Of a stretch of DNA of 64,000 nt, positions 46,859 to 56,802 are shown piece after piece. The notes beneath the pieces were generated by a model, which worked only from the letters and a program-made list of their open reading frames with translations, ran no database searches and had not been told where the DNA came from. Source of the stretch: a bacterium (GTDB lineage Bacteria; Patescibacteriota; Patescibacteriia; Patescibacteriales; UBA12465). Positions within the stretch are counted from its first letter, which is position 1, and each line of letters opens with the position of its first letter. The stretch lies in the NCBI GenBank assembly GCA_030696105.1, contig JAUYNJ010000005.1, forward strand, positions 77,678 to 141,677. The letters run 5' to 3'. The translations under genes and the position numbers were made by a program.

Positions 46859-48028
46859 TTAAAAGCTAGTTTGTTTCTTGGTATGCTTCCGCCCGTAATT
46901 AGCAAAGCGATGAGCCTCTTCGCGGACTTTAAGCAGGGTTGGCTTCAAAACGGCCGCTAAGTCTTTGAAATTCTTCGATACTCCTTTAGTAAATACGAGT
47001 CTGTCGCCTCCAAATTTTGAAATACCGACCATCGCCACCTCAATATTTAAACGAGCCAACTCCCGGGAGAGAAAGCTGATTTGCGGACTGCCACCGTCAA
47101 TCATAATTAAGTCAGGGCGAGCCCAGTTTTCGTGTTTAAAGCGTCGAATTAAGGTTTCAAGTAAAGCGCGCTCATCATCCCCTGCTGGAGCCTCTTTAAT
47201 TTTAAACAAGCGATATTCACTTCCCTGTTTTTCGCCATTTTCAAAGACAACCATCGAGGCATAGCTTTCTTTTCCCTGGAAGTGGGAAATATCATAGCCC
47301 TCAATGCGCCGCAAGCGTGGAATAGTTAAATCCTCCTCTTTGTTTAGCAATGAGACTTCTTGAATATGCCTGAAGGCGCGAGCCTGATCGGGGTTTTCCT
47401 TCTCTAACTTCTTAAGCAAACGCGTCCTGTCACCATTAAGAAGCATTATTAGTTTCTTAATATTCTTCTTATATTCTGTTGACGAAATAGCGTCGACGCA
47501 AGCACCGGGACAAACACCAATTTGATAATCAAAGCAGGGGCGTCCGCTGTGAGGCGTGCAGTTGCTATATGGAAATACTCGGCGCAGTAAACGAAGTGCG
47601 GTGTTAATTAAATAGAAGGATTGGTAAGGGCCAAACACTTTATATTGGTTAGATGGGAATTTGCTTAATTCCCGTCCGCGGATAATTATTGGTCTCGGGT
47701 ATTCGGCCTTTTCATTAATTGCCACGTAAATGAATGACCGGTCGTCGCGATCGACGACATTATACTTAGGCCAATATTTTTTAATGTTCGCCGCTTCAAG
47801 AATTATCGCCTCAAGCAAGCTCTCACACTGCGTATAGCTAAGGTCGTCAGCTTGCGCGACCATTTCGCCAATGCGTGGTTCAATATTTTTTTGGAAATAC
47901 TGAGTTAGTCTGTTTTTTAAATTAACAGCTCGTCCCACGTATAACACTTCACCTTTCTTATTGCGCCAAAAATAAACGCCAGGCGCTTTTGGAATTTCCT
48001 TTAATTTATCTTTTAGTGGATGCGGCAT
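46859..48028 (-). CDS. uvrC: Excinuclease ABC subunit C (compact form)
   Basis: GIY-YIG (PGVY..LYVGRA.NLKNRL), Cys cluster, RIEGYDIS, PDLIMIDGG, EAHRFA. Confidence 0.9.
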   Translation of the reverse strand: MPHPLKDKLKEIPKAPGVYFWRNKKGEVLYVGRAVNLKNRLTQYFQKNIEPRIGEMVAQADDLSYTQCESLLEAIILEAANIKKYWPKYNVVDRDDRSFIYVAINEKAEYPRPIIIRGRELSKFPSNQYKVFGPYQSFYLINTALRLLRRVFPYSNCTPHSGRPCFDYQIGVCPGACVDAISSTEYKKNIKKLIMLLNGDRTRLLKKLEKENPDQARAFRHIQEVSLLNKEEDLTIPRLRRIEGYDISHFQGKESYASMVVFENGEKQGSEYRLFKIKEAPAGDDERALLETLIRRFKHENWARPDLIMIDGGSPQISFLSRELARLNIEVAMVGISKFGGDRLVFTKGVSKNFKDLAAVLKPTLLKVREEAHRFANYGRKHTKKQTSF

Positions 48029-48354
48029 TATTTTTGTTTAAAGCTATAAATATTGAGGTCTATTTTACCATTTAGAATTTCTATACCTTCTTTTCTAAGT
48101 ATTTTTATTTTCTGTTCAGAGCCGAAAGCAAAGCCGCCGACGCTACCGTCTGAGCGCACAACTCGGTGGCAAGGAACTATTGGCGCAAATGGATTGTAAT
48201 GTAAGGCCTGTCCGACGGCCTGAGCGCCCTTTTTTAGGCCTAGCTTGGCCGCTAGACGGCCGTAAGTCGACACTTTGCCCTCTGGTATCATCGAGGTGAG
48301 TTCGTATACCCTGGAGGCGAATACACTGACCTTAGTTGAAGAGGTATTTGACAT
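48028..48354 (-). CDS. ogt: Methylated-DNA--protein-cysteine methyltransferase (C-terminal domain only)
   Basis: IPEGKVSTYG, AVGQAL..NP, PCHRV active site. Confidence 0.9.
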   Translation of the reverse strand: MSNTSSTKVSVFASRVYELTSMIPEGKVSTYGRLAAKLGLKKGAQAVGQALHYNPFAPIVPCHRVVRSDGSVGGFAFGSEQKIKILRKEGIEILNGKIDLNIYSFKQK

Positions 48355-48376
48355 AAATAGCAAAAATGACTATAAT
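48348..48376 (+). promoter_or_regulatory. Consensus sigma70 promoter pointing into the ogt-uvrA intergenic region
   Basis: TTGACA (48348)-17-TATAAT (48371). Confidence 0.8.
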
Positions 48377-48382
48377 ATAATC

Positions 48383-48597
48383 GGTTAATAATTAGTTCTT
48401 TGATCCTACCAGTGGGGGTATATATTTATGCCAAGCGCTACTGAAGAAATTTCGGTCGCCGCATACACCAGTATATTCACCCCATCAGTGTACAAGACCG
48501 GAGCCAAGCTGCTCCGGTTTTACTTGAAACAAAAAGTTATATATTATATATAGTGGGAGCGGGATGAGGCGGTCAGATTATCGACCGCTTCTTTTTT
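48383..48597 (+). ncRNA. Candidate structured ncRNA of about 210 nt (6S-like possible, unconfirmed)
   Basis: Perfect promoter; nested stems TGGGG/CCCCA, TATGC/GCATA, ACTGAAG/TTTCGGT; hairpin ACCGGAGC/GCTCCGGT; terminator GCGGTC...GACCGC plus T run. Confidence 0.55.
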
Positions 48598-51103
48598 AAT
48601 CAAGGTATTCCTTTAAGTATTGCCCGGTGATACTATTTTTGTTCGCCGCAATTTGTTCAGGCGTGCCTGACGCGACCAGTTTGCCACCTTTTTCACCGCC
48701 ATCAGGGCCAAGGTCAAGAATGTAGTCCATCGATTTTAACATATGCAGATTATGTTCGATTACCAGTACTGAATTTCCCTTCTCTACAAGCTTATTTAAG
48801 ACATCAAGTAACATGGCAATATCATAATAATGCAAGCCAGTCGTTGGTTCATCGAGCAAGTAAAGTGTGCGTTTACCAAGCGTGTGAGTCAACTCTTTAC
48901 CAATCTTCACTCGTTGCGCCTCACCACCTGATAGAGTGGTCGCTGATTGTCCAAGTTTTAGATAGCCAAGCCCAACTGACTGTAAAACTTTCAACTTATC
49001 ACTAATATAATAATTTTCTTCAAATAATTCTACACCCTCATCAATTGTCATCTCCAGCACATCGGCGATGCTTTTCCCTTTATACTTAACCTGCAATGTC
49101 TCACGGTTAAAACGACGTCCACGACAAACTTCACATTCCACTAGCACCGGTGGCAGGAAGTGCATTTCAATTAGATTTGAGCCGGCGCCCTCACAGGCCT
49201 CACAGCGCCCACCCGGACGGTTGAAGGAAAAACGAGAAATTGTATAAGCACGCTCTTTCGCGTCCGGTAGTGAGGCATAGAAATCACGAATAGGCGTGAA
49301 TATACCCGTATAAGTTGCTGGGTTAGAGCGGGGTGTGCGACCAATTGGCGATTGGTTGATAACGACAATCTTACTTACATATTCAGCACCCTTTATTTCT
49401 TCAACATCCTCCAGGCGTGAGCGCTTACCCGGATTATTTTTGATATAGGATAAATTCTTGTACAGCACGTCGTAAAGCAAAGAAGATTTACCAGAGCCAG
49501 ACACGCCACTGATTCCGACTAAGCGGCCGAGCGGTATTTCTGCTTTTACATTTTTTAGATTGTTACTCCTTGCTCCAATTATTTTTAGGCTACCGTGATT
49601 CTGTGAGCGACGTTTCTCCGGTAAATCAATTTTTTTGTGGCCAGCAAGATACTGTAGTGTGAGCGATTGACTACCAGGATTCTTTTTATCGGCCTCTAAT
49701 AGTTTTTTGGTTACGCCCTGGGCTTCAACTTCCCCGCCATGCACACCGGCTAGCGGACCGAGGTCGACTAAGTAATCGGAAGCTAGAATTGTTCTCTCGT
49801 CATGTTCAACGATAATAACGGTGTTATTTTTATCGCGTAAAGTTTCTAAGGTTTTAATTAAGCGATCAGTGTCACGTTCGTGTAGACCAATCGTTGGTTC
49901 GTCGAGCACGTATAAAGTGCGCGATAATTGTGAACCAATCTGTGATGACAGGCGAATGCGCTGCGCCTCCCCGCCAGATAAAGATTCAGCTTCACGATCA
50001 AGTGATAAATAATTCAAACCAACCTTATTTAAAAATTCTAGACGATTAATAATCTGTGAGAGCACATTATCAGCAATCGTCATTTGACGCTTTGTCATTT
50101 TCTGATAAAACTTCCAAAAAAAGTCATAAGCCTTATCAATGCTTAAGTGACTTGTTTCCGCAATATTCTTGCCATCAATTCGTACTGATAAGGACTCAGG
50201 GCGCAAACGTGAACCCTTACACTCGGCACAGGTTTTGTCAGCATGGAAGCCAATTTTACCTAGCCCTGAGCATTGTGGGCAGGCACCGTGTGGTGAATTG
50301 AAGGAAAATAGACGCGGCTCAACCTCGGGAAAGGAAAAATTATCAATTGGACAGGTCCAGTTTGATGACAACAAAAATTCTTGCTTCTTAAACAATACTG
50401 TTACTAAGCCATTGCTATATTGCAGAGCGCTTTCAACCGCTTCAAACAAGCGACCCTCATCGGTGAGCATAATTTTATCAATCACAATATCAATATTATG
50501 CTTCTTCTTAGCGTTAAGCTTTATACTGTCACGAAGATTAATAATTTTGCCATCAACCCGCGCTTCAGCGTAACCCAGAGCGAGATTATCATATAAGAGC
50601 TGATAATACTCTCCCTTGCGGTCGCGTACGACCGGGCTCAGGATAGTTACGTATTCCTCTTTATATTCTTGTCCACGGTTGAGAATTATATCAATCATTT
50701 CCTCAAGTGTGAGCTTATCAATCTTAGTGCCACAGTGTGGACAGAATACTTCGCCGACGCGCGCATAGAGAACGCGTAAGTAGTCGTGTACTTCGGTTAA
50801 AGTGCCGACGGTGGAACGAGGATTATGTGATAAGGCTTTTTGGTCAATCGAAATGGCGGGCGCAAGACCAAGTATTTCATCCACATCGGCCGGCTTTTTT
50901 TGACCAAGAAACTGACGCATATATGGTGATAAGGACTCAACATATTGTCTTTGTCCTTCGGCAAATATGGTATCAAAAGCCAGGGACGATTTTCCTGAAC
51001 CGGAAACGCCAGTTATCACCGACAAGGAATTATGCGGAATTTCCAAGTTGATATTTTTTAAATTGTGCATCCTCGCACCGCGGATGATTATTTTATCTTG
51101 CAT
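48596..51103 (-). CDS. uvrA: Excinuclease ABC subunit A
   Basis: Two ABC domains (GVSGSGKSS twice, LSGGEAQR twice) and Zn fingers. Confidence 0.97.
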   Translation of the reverse strand: MQDKIIIRGARMHNLKNINLEIPHNSLSVITGVSGSGKSSLAFDTIFAEGQRQYVESLSPYMRQFLGQKKPADVDEILGLAPAISIDQKALSHNPRSTVGTLTEVHDYLRVLYARVGEVFCPHCGTKIDKLTLEEMIDIILNRGQEYKEEYVTILSPVVRDRKGEYYQLLYDNLALGYAEARVDGKIINLRDSIKLNAKKKHNIDIVIDKIMLTDEGRLFEAVESALQYSNGLVTVLFKKQEFLLSSNWTCPIDNFSFPEVEPRLFSFNSPHGACPQCSGLGKIGFHADKTCAECKGSRLRPESLSVRIDGKNIAETSHLSIDKAYDFFWKFYQKMTKRQMTIADNVLSQIINRLEFLNKVGLNYLSLDREAESLSGGEAQRIRLSSQIGSQLSRTLYVLDEPTIGLHERDTDRLIKTLETLRDKNNTVIIVEHDERTILASDYLVDLGPLAGVHGGEVEAQGVTKKLLEADKKNPGSQSLTLQYLAGHKKIDLPEKRRSQNHGSLKIIGARSNNLKNVKAEIPLGRLVGISGVSGSGKSSLLYDVLYKNLSYIKNNPGKRSRLEDVEEIKGAEYVSKIVVINQSPIGRTPRSNPATYTGIFTPIRDFYASLPDAKERAYTISRFSFNRPGGRCEACEGAGSNLIEMHFLPPVLVECEVCRGRRFNRETLQVKYKGKSIADVLEMTIDEGVELFEENYYISDKLKVLQSVGLGYLKLGQSATTLSGGEAQRVKIGKELTHTLGKRTLYLLDEPTTGLHYYDIAMLLDVLNKLVEKGNSVLVIEHNLHMLKSMDYILDLGPDGGEKGGKLVASGTPEQIAANKNSITGQYLKEYLD

Positions 51104-51118
51104 GTTTCAAAATCAGAA

Positions 51119-51545
51119 TTATTTATAAATCTTACCTAACTTATACCTTTCAATCATCAGGCGCGGACCCTCAAATAATGGTTCTGGTAATTTGTTTAAA
51201 TCGAACCATTCCCAGCGGTCCCATTTCTCCGGTTCCTTTACAGTCGGATTCCCGCTCGCTGCGTGAGCCAGGAAGCCGATGTTGACGTAGTGCTTCCCTT
51301 CATCTAGTCCACCAAGCTCATCTGCAACTGATATTAACTCTAAATCACTGACAATTAAACCCGCCTCTTCATAAGTTTCGCGGATGGCCGCCTGAGACAT
51401 TTTTTCACAAATTCAAGATGTCCACCCGGGAAACTCCAGGTACCATATCCGTGCTTTGATAGCCGCAGGCCAAGCAAGACTTTCCCTGACTATTTTTAAC
51501 CATTACGCCCAAACCAACTTTGGGGCGATTGTTCTCGTTTTCCAT
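51119..51545 (-). pseudogene. Nudix hydrolase (MutT/NUDT15-like) with two frameshifts
   Basis: MENENNRPKVGLGVMVKNSQG / VLLGLRLSKHGYGTWSFPGGHLEF / EKMSQAAIRETYEEAGL read in three successive frames. Confidence 0.85.
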
Positions 51546-51583
51546 AGATTTAAAATGATGTATATAGATATACTAAGTTCACT

Positions 51584-53515
51584 TTACGCTTTCTTTCGCC
51601 CTCGACTTCTCTGTGCATCGGAGCGTCTATCAGGGCTTTTTTGCTGTTTGCGTTTCGGGTCATAACTTTCATTTTCAGCGCGTTCAGTTTCGAGACCGAG
51701 CAGACTCTCAATTGTCTTAATAATAGTTTTCGGAGTAATACCGTGCTTGGCATTATATTTCAACTGAATATCGCGGCGCCTGCGTGATTCACTAATCGCT
51801 TTATTCATCGAATCGGTTTCTTTGTCAGCGTAAAGAATAATCTTACCGGAGACATTACGAGCAGCGCGACCCATAATCTGCATCAGCGATGTTTGAGAGC
51901 GTAAGAATCCCTCACGATCAGCATCAAGGATGGCGACCAGCGTAACTTCGGGCAAGTCTAGTCCTTCGCGCAATAAATTGACGCCAATCAAGACATCGAA
52001 TGCGCCTTCACGGAAAGCTTTCAAAATATCAGTGCGTTCGAATGTTTTAATATCTGAATGGAGATAATTTGCTTTAATGCCCTTCTGATTTAAGAAGGTG
52101 CTTAAATCCTCTGCTTGCTTTTTAGTGAGAGTATTAATAATAACGCGTTCATGTTTAGCGGCGAGACGTTCAACTTCAATCATTACGTCATTAATCTGAC
52201 TATAGTTTTTATCTTTTTCAAATACTGGTCGGATTTCAATTTCTGGATCAACCAGTCCGGTCGGACGAATAATCTGTTCAACCACTTGCTTAGAGTGCTC
52301 CCGTTCGTAATCACCGGGGGTGGCGGTGGTAAATATTACTTGACCAACACGACGCTGGAATTCAGTAAACTTTAGTGGCCTGTTATCTAAAGCGCTCGGC
52401 AGGCGCCAGCCATATTGAACCAGCACGTTCTTGCGAGCTTTGTCGCCGTTATACATCCCTCTGATTTGTGGCACCGCAATATGCGACTCATCAATGATAG
52501 TAAGGAAGTCAGGTTTTCCATCTTTCCAGGGGAAATAACTTAAGAGCGGGTCAGGGGCTTCACCTGGCAGCTTGCCAGATAGATGACGAGAGTAGTTTTC
52601 AATACCGTGACAGTAGCCAAGAGTGTGAAGCATTTCCATATCATAGCGCGTGCGTCTTTCTAAGCGCTCAGCCTCGAGTAGTAAACCTTCCTTACGAAAA
52701 TGGGCAAGACGGTCTTGCAGTTCTTCGTTAATATTTTTAATCGCCTCTTCAATTTGCGGTTGCGTTGAAATGAAGTGCTTCGGTGGGAAGATAACAATCT
52801 CCTCAAGATTTTCTAAGATGTTTTTAGTGGTATTATCAATAACACTCAAATCAGAAACTGTTTGCGCCGCCATGTCGACTCGATAGACGATATTTTCAGA
52901 CATTGGTCTAATTTCAAAGGCATCGCCGCGTACTCGAAACTGCCCGCGCTTAACTTCACCGGTAACACGCTCGAATTGCATGCTTATAAGTTGTCGAATT
53001 AAATCGGCGCGAGTAATAACGTCCCCTTTCTCTAAATGCAAGGATGCCTGCAGATAGTTTAAGGGCACGCCGAGATTGTAGATACAGGACACTGAGGCCA
53101 CAATAATAACATCGCGTCGGCTGAGCAAAGCCGATGTCGCACCATGACGTAGTCTGTCCATTTCTTCATTAATCATCGCTTCTTTATCTATATAAGTGTC
53201 AGTTATCGGTAAATAGGCTTCAGGTTGATAGTAATCATAATATGAAACGAAGTAATGAACTGCGTTTTCGGGGAAAAAGTTTTTATACTCACGATACAGC
53301 TGAGCAGCCAAGGCTTTGTTGGGCGCGATCACTAGGGCTGGCTTATCGTAATGTGCAATGATGTTTGCCGCTGTGAAGGTTTTACCAGACCCCGTCACCC
53401 CTAATAATGTTTGATAATCAAAACCAGCCTTCAGACCTTTTTTTAGATTTGCAATGGCAGCAGGTTGATCACCGGCTGGTTCGAATTCTGATTTTAAATT
53501 AAAGATAGCTGACAT
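51584..53515 (-). CDS. uvrB: Excinuclease ABC subunit B
   Basis: PAGDQP, GVTGSGKT, YYDYYQPEAY, DESH, GRAARN. Confidence 0.98.
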   Translation of the reverse strand: MSAIFNLKSEFEPAGDQPAAIANLKKGLKAGFDYQTLLGVTGSGKTFTAANIIAHYDKPALVIAPNKALAAQLYREYKNFFPENAVHYFVSYYDYYQPEAYLPITDTYIDKEAMINEEMDRLRHGATSALLSRRDVIIVASVSCIYNLGVPLNYLQASLHLEKGDVITRADLIRQLISMQFERVTGEVKRGQFRVRGDAFEIRPMSENIVYRVDMAAQTVSDLSVIDNTTKNILENLEEIVIFPPKHFISTQPQIEEAIKNINEELQDRLAHFRKEGLLLEAERLERRTRYDMEMLHTLGYCHGIENYSRHLSGKLPGEAPDPLLSYFPWKDGKPDFLTIIDESHIAVPQIRGMYNGDKARKNVLVQYGWRLPSALDNRPLKFTEFQRRVGQVIFTTATPGDYEREHSKQVVEQIIRPTGLVDPEIEIRPVFEKDKNYSQINDVMIEVERLAAKHERVIINTLTKKQAEDLSTFLNQKGIKANYLHSDIKTFERTDILKAFREGAFDVLIGVNLLREGLDLPEVTLVAILDADREGFLRSQTSLMQIMGRAARNVSGKIILYADKETDSMNKAISESRRRRDIQLKYNAKHGITPKTIIKTIESLLGLETERAENESYDPKRKQQKSPDRRSDAQRSRGRKKA

Positions 53516-53699
53516 AGGTCAATTTATAGTCAAAAAGCGGAAGATTGCTTCCGATATATGTGTATAGATAAGAATTGTAACCGTTTAAGAATTGACATGA
53601 TTGTCGGATTACGGTGCGCCTATTGTAGCACGAAATAAACAAAAATAACAGGCTTTACCTGTTATCTTCGGTCTCAACTCAAATTCATAAATCTAAGCT

Positions 53700-54623
53700 T
53701 TATTTTAAGCCATTTTCAGCCTGTTTTAACTTGTTAGCGGACTTCCGGAAAAGCTCTTTTTCCGTTTTATTCATAACAATATCAATTTTGCGCTCAATAC
53801 CGTTTTCGCCGATAACTCGTGGCAGACTAAGACACACATCTTTAATACCCATTTCACCTTCAAGCAGGTGAGAGACTGTAAAGACAGTCCTTTTATTCAG
53901 GAGCACGGCTTTAACCAATTTAACCAATCCAGCGGCAATTGCATAATAGGTTGCCTGCTTTCCTTCAATAATAGCATAGGCAGCGTTCTTGGCGTTTTCA
54001 AATATTTGTTTCTTCTGTTTATCGTTTAATTTTACAAAGCGGTCAAGCGGCGTACTGCCAATTGTTGCACTGCTCCATAGAGGCAATTCACTGTCACCGT
54101 GTTCACCGACAATGAAGGCGTGAACACTTTTGGGGTTCACGTCCATCTTCTCGCCTAGCAAATAACGGAAGCGGGCAGTATCTAAAATCGTTCCTGAGCC
54201 AAAAATCTGATTTTTCTTTTTGGGATACATCTTGATAGCGATGTTTGTCAAAATATCAACTGGATTCGTAACCATGATAACAATAATGTCAGGATTAGCT
54301 CTAAACACACGCGGTAGTATTTCTTTGATAATGGCAGCATTCTTCTTTAAGAGGTCAAGGCGCGTTTCTCCTGGTTTTTGTGCGGCGCCGCAAGTGATTA
54401 TAACAATTGGGCTGTCAATCAAATCATCGTAATCACCAGCCTTAATATTTGTGTAGCCCCAAAAAGGCATCGAATGTTGTAAATCCATCGCTTGTGCGAC
54501 GGCGAGCTTTTTATCAATATCAATTAAGGCAATCTCTTCTGTGATATCAGAGGCAATTAAACCAAAGGCGGTCGTGCTACCAACCATCCCCGCGCCAATA
54601 ATAGATACTTTATCTTTCTTCAT
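53700..54623 (-). CDS. ldh: L-lactate dehydrogenase
   Basis: GAGMVG; GAAQKPGETRLDL (Gln at the specificity position indicates LDH); GEHGDS. Confidence 0.92.
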   Translation of the reverse strand: MKKDKVSIIGAGMVGSTTAFGLIASDITEEIALIDIDKKLAVAQAMDLQHSMPFWGYTNIKAGDYDDLIDSPIVIITCGAAQKPGETRLDLLKKNAAIIKEILPRVFRANPDIIVIMVTNPVDILTNIAIKMYPKKKNQIFGSGTILDTARFRYLLGEKMDVNPKSVHAFIVGEHGDSELPLWSSATIGSTPLDRFVKLNDKQKKQIFENAKNAAYAIIEGKQATYYAIAAGLVKLVKAVLLNKRTVFTVSHLLEGEMGIKDVCLSLPRVIGENGIERKIDIVMNKTEKELFRKSANKLKQAENGLK

Positions 54624-54718
54624 AAAATTAAGTTGAGAAATTATATCTTAATTTTAGCATTAAGAGGGCATGTATAACAAGTCTGAGCTCGCACTGCGCC
54701 GAGCATTTGAAATCAGAT

Positions 54719-56683
54719 CTAATTATTTATAAATTCGTTATCAAATATAAATTTATTATCCTGATACTGCGAATACAGGCGTGCGTTAACAAAAGTATTA
54801 TTTGAGATTACTAAGTCGCGTGAATGCGAATAAATACCCATTTGATTAACTAATGTATTGTAGCGTATCTTGGCGCCTGTTACATTGCCAGCAATATAGA
54901 AACCAGACTCTCTTCCACTGGGACGTAAAGTGCAATGATTATATTCAAGTAGACCCTGACTATTACTATTGTCACGTGGAGAGATAATGACACAAAACTT
55001 ATTGCCGGTATGGGTCCGGTCAATAATATTGTGGTGAATATTAAATTTCAGAATTGAACCATTAAGCTGAATACCATCTCCTGGTGATTCTGGTTCATTT
55101 TTACCATTGTACCAGTAGCTGTTTTCGTTCCAGCTTTGATTTACGTGGTGAATGTAATTATGAGCGATTTCCATGTTATCGTGATTCTGAGAATAATGAC
55201 CATCATCGCCAGTATAAGCAATTTCTGAATTTAAGATTCTAAAACCAGTGGCGGCGTTCATTGTTCTAAGGCCCCAGGCACTATTTTGAATACGCACACT
55301 GTCTACTGTATTATTATCTCCGCCACCAGAATATATGCCGGTGATGGAAAGCTTGGCGTCAATATCAAGGTCGCGAACAGTATTATTATCTCCGGTCATG
55401 GACACCGCCGCATTTGATCCGCCTACAAGATTGTAAATATTTACTTTTGGTCGAGCAGGACCGGCACCATATGCCCCTATAATCACACTACTGTTGCCCC
55501 CAATGTTAATTCGACTACTAAGTGATATTTCCGTACCCCTTCTTTGCAAATAATTTTTGTTTGAGCTGATATTAACTCCCGCCCAGGTATTATATGGATT
55601 AGCGCGTGTGCCGTCTCCATTCGCTTTTGCGCTGGGGTCGATGAATTTAGTATTAGCTGTCGATACAATTCTAATGCGCATATCAGCCTCTTGCGACAGG
55701 TTCATAGTCGAATCAGTTGCCTTGATGCGTATCGTTATACTATCACCAGAAATTTTACTAGCATTTTTCACGCTGATTAAACCATTATTGTTTATCGCAA
55801 AGACTCCAGCGTCATTAATAATAGTATAGATAAGACTTCTCTTCTCTAATTCTTTCCAGAAAGTTGTCAGTTGCCCAACGGTGTCACCATTAACCGTATT
55901 ACTTGGAATGACAAAGGATTGAGCATGAACAAGACGTTCTGATAGATGACCGGCAGTAATAAGTTGAGGTTCAGTAATATTTTGCTGTGCGCCAGGATTC
56001 AGTTGTTGAATTTGCGCCAACAAGGCGGGCTCTCTGCCGTTAATATTTTGTCCAAAGGAATTAGCGTTAACGCTTAGAGCGAGTGTGTATTTCAGGTCAA
56101 AGCGATTCGCGCGCAAGGCGGTCATGTCGCTGATATGCCGATACACTAAGCCGTCATAATAATAGATGGCGCTACTACTCGAGCTACGTACGAGTGAGCC
56201 TGCCGGAATACTTCCCTCTGACAGTTCCCCACTGACTGTATAGTTAGAGAATAGCGCATCTGAGACATCGATTACCCGCCTTGACCAGTCAGCACCGAAA
56301 AGCGTCTGAGCCTGCGCTTCATTCCTTATTTTTTTTAGCACGCCCCCAGGTTCAACCACATAAACAGACGGACTTGTAGTAATTTTAACCAGATTAGTGC
56401 CAGGCCTAACGGTTATATTGCCCCCTAGGGGATAGTCAGATAATTGTGTCTGTTTTATTTGCTCAACACTGTCAAAATTTTGATACCAGGAAAAGAAGAC
56501 CGTTTCATTGGGGAAAACGTATCTTCTTGAATCGTTGCCGAGATAATATATCGCCGTACTATTATCACCCTTAATTAAGGTTTCCGTGCTTACGGCCTGA
56601 GCCTTATCAGCGGCATAGATAATAGATATTAGCACTATACATGATATTGAAATGATAAACCCATGCTTAATTAATTTGTTCAT
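54719..56683 (-). CDS. Secreted surface protein: CPR-type repeat domain, cadherin-like domain, right-handed beta-helix
   Basis: Signal peptide; RRYVFPNE..F.SWY..F; FAINNNGLI; GDGTRANPY followed by Asn-rich beta-helix repeats. Confidence 0.75.
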   Translation of the reverse strand: MNKLIKHGFIISISCIVLISIIYAADKAQAVSTETLIKGDNSTAIYYLGNDSRRYVFPNETVFFSWYQNFDSVEQIKQTQLSDYPLGGNITVRPGTNLVKITTSPSVYVVEPGGVLKKIRNEAQAQTLFGADWSRRVIDVSDALFSNYTVSGELSEGSIPAGSLVRSSSSSAIYYYDGLVYRHISDMTALRANRFDLKYTLALSVNANSFGQNINGREPALLAQIQQLNPGAQQNITEPQLITAGHLSERLVHAQSFVIPSNTVNGDTVGQLTTFWKELEKRSLIYTIINDAGVFAINNNGLISVKNASKISGDSITIRIKATDSTMNLSQEADMRIRIVSTANTKFIDPSAKANGDGTRANPYNTWAGVNISSNKNYLQRRGTEISLSSRINIGGNSSVIIGAYGAGPARPKVNIYNLVGGSNAAVSMTGDNNTVRDLDIDAKLSITGIYSGGGDNNTVDSVRIQNSAWGLRTMNAATGFRILNSEIAYTGDDGHYSQNHDNMEIAHNYIHHVNQSWNENSYWYNGKNEPESPGDGIQLNGSILKFNIHHNIIDRTHTGNKFCVIISPRDNSNSQGLLEYNHCTLRPSGRESGFYIAGNVTGAKIRYNTLVNQMGIYSHSRDLVISNNTFVNARLYSQYQDNKFIFDNEFINN

Positions 56684-56802
56684 ATATTTAGTTTAATCAG
56701 TTTTATGTAAGACAATTATTCAAAAATAGCGGGTTAATTATAGCAGAAATTTTGATTCTCTTCAATCTTTACTGTATGCCAAAAATCGTGTATAATGACT
56801 CA

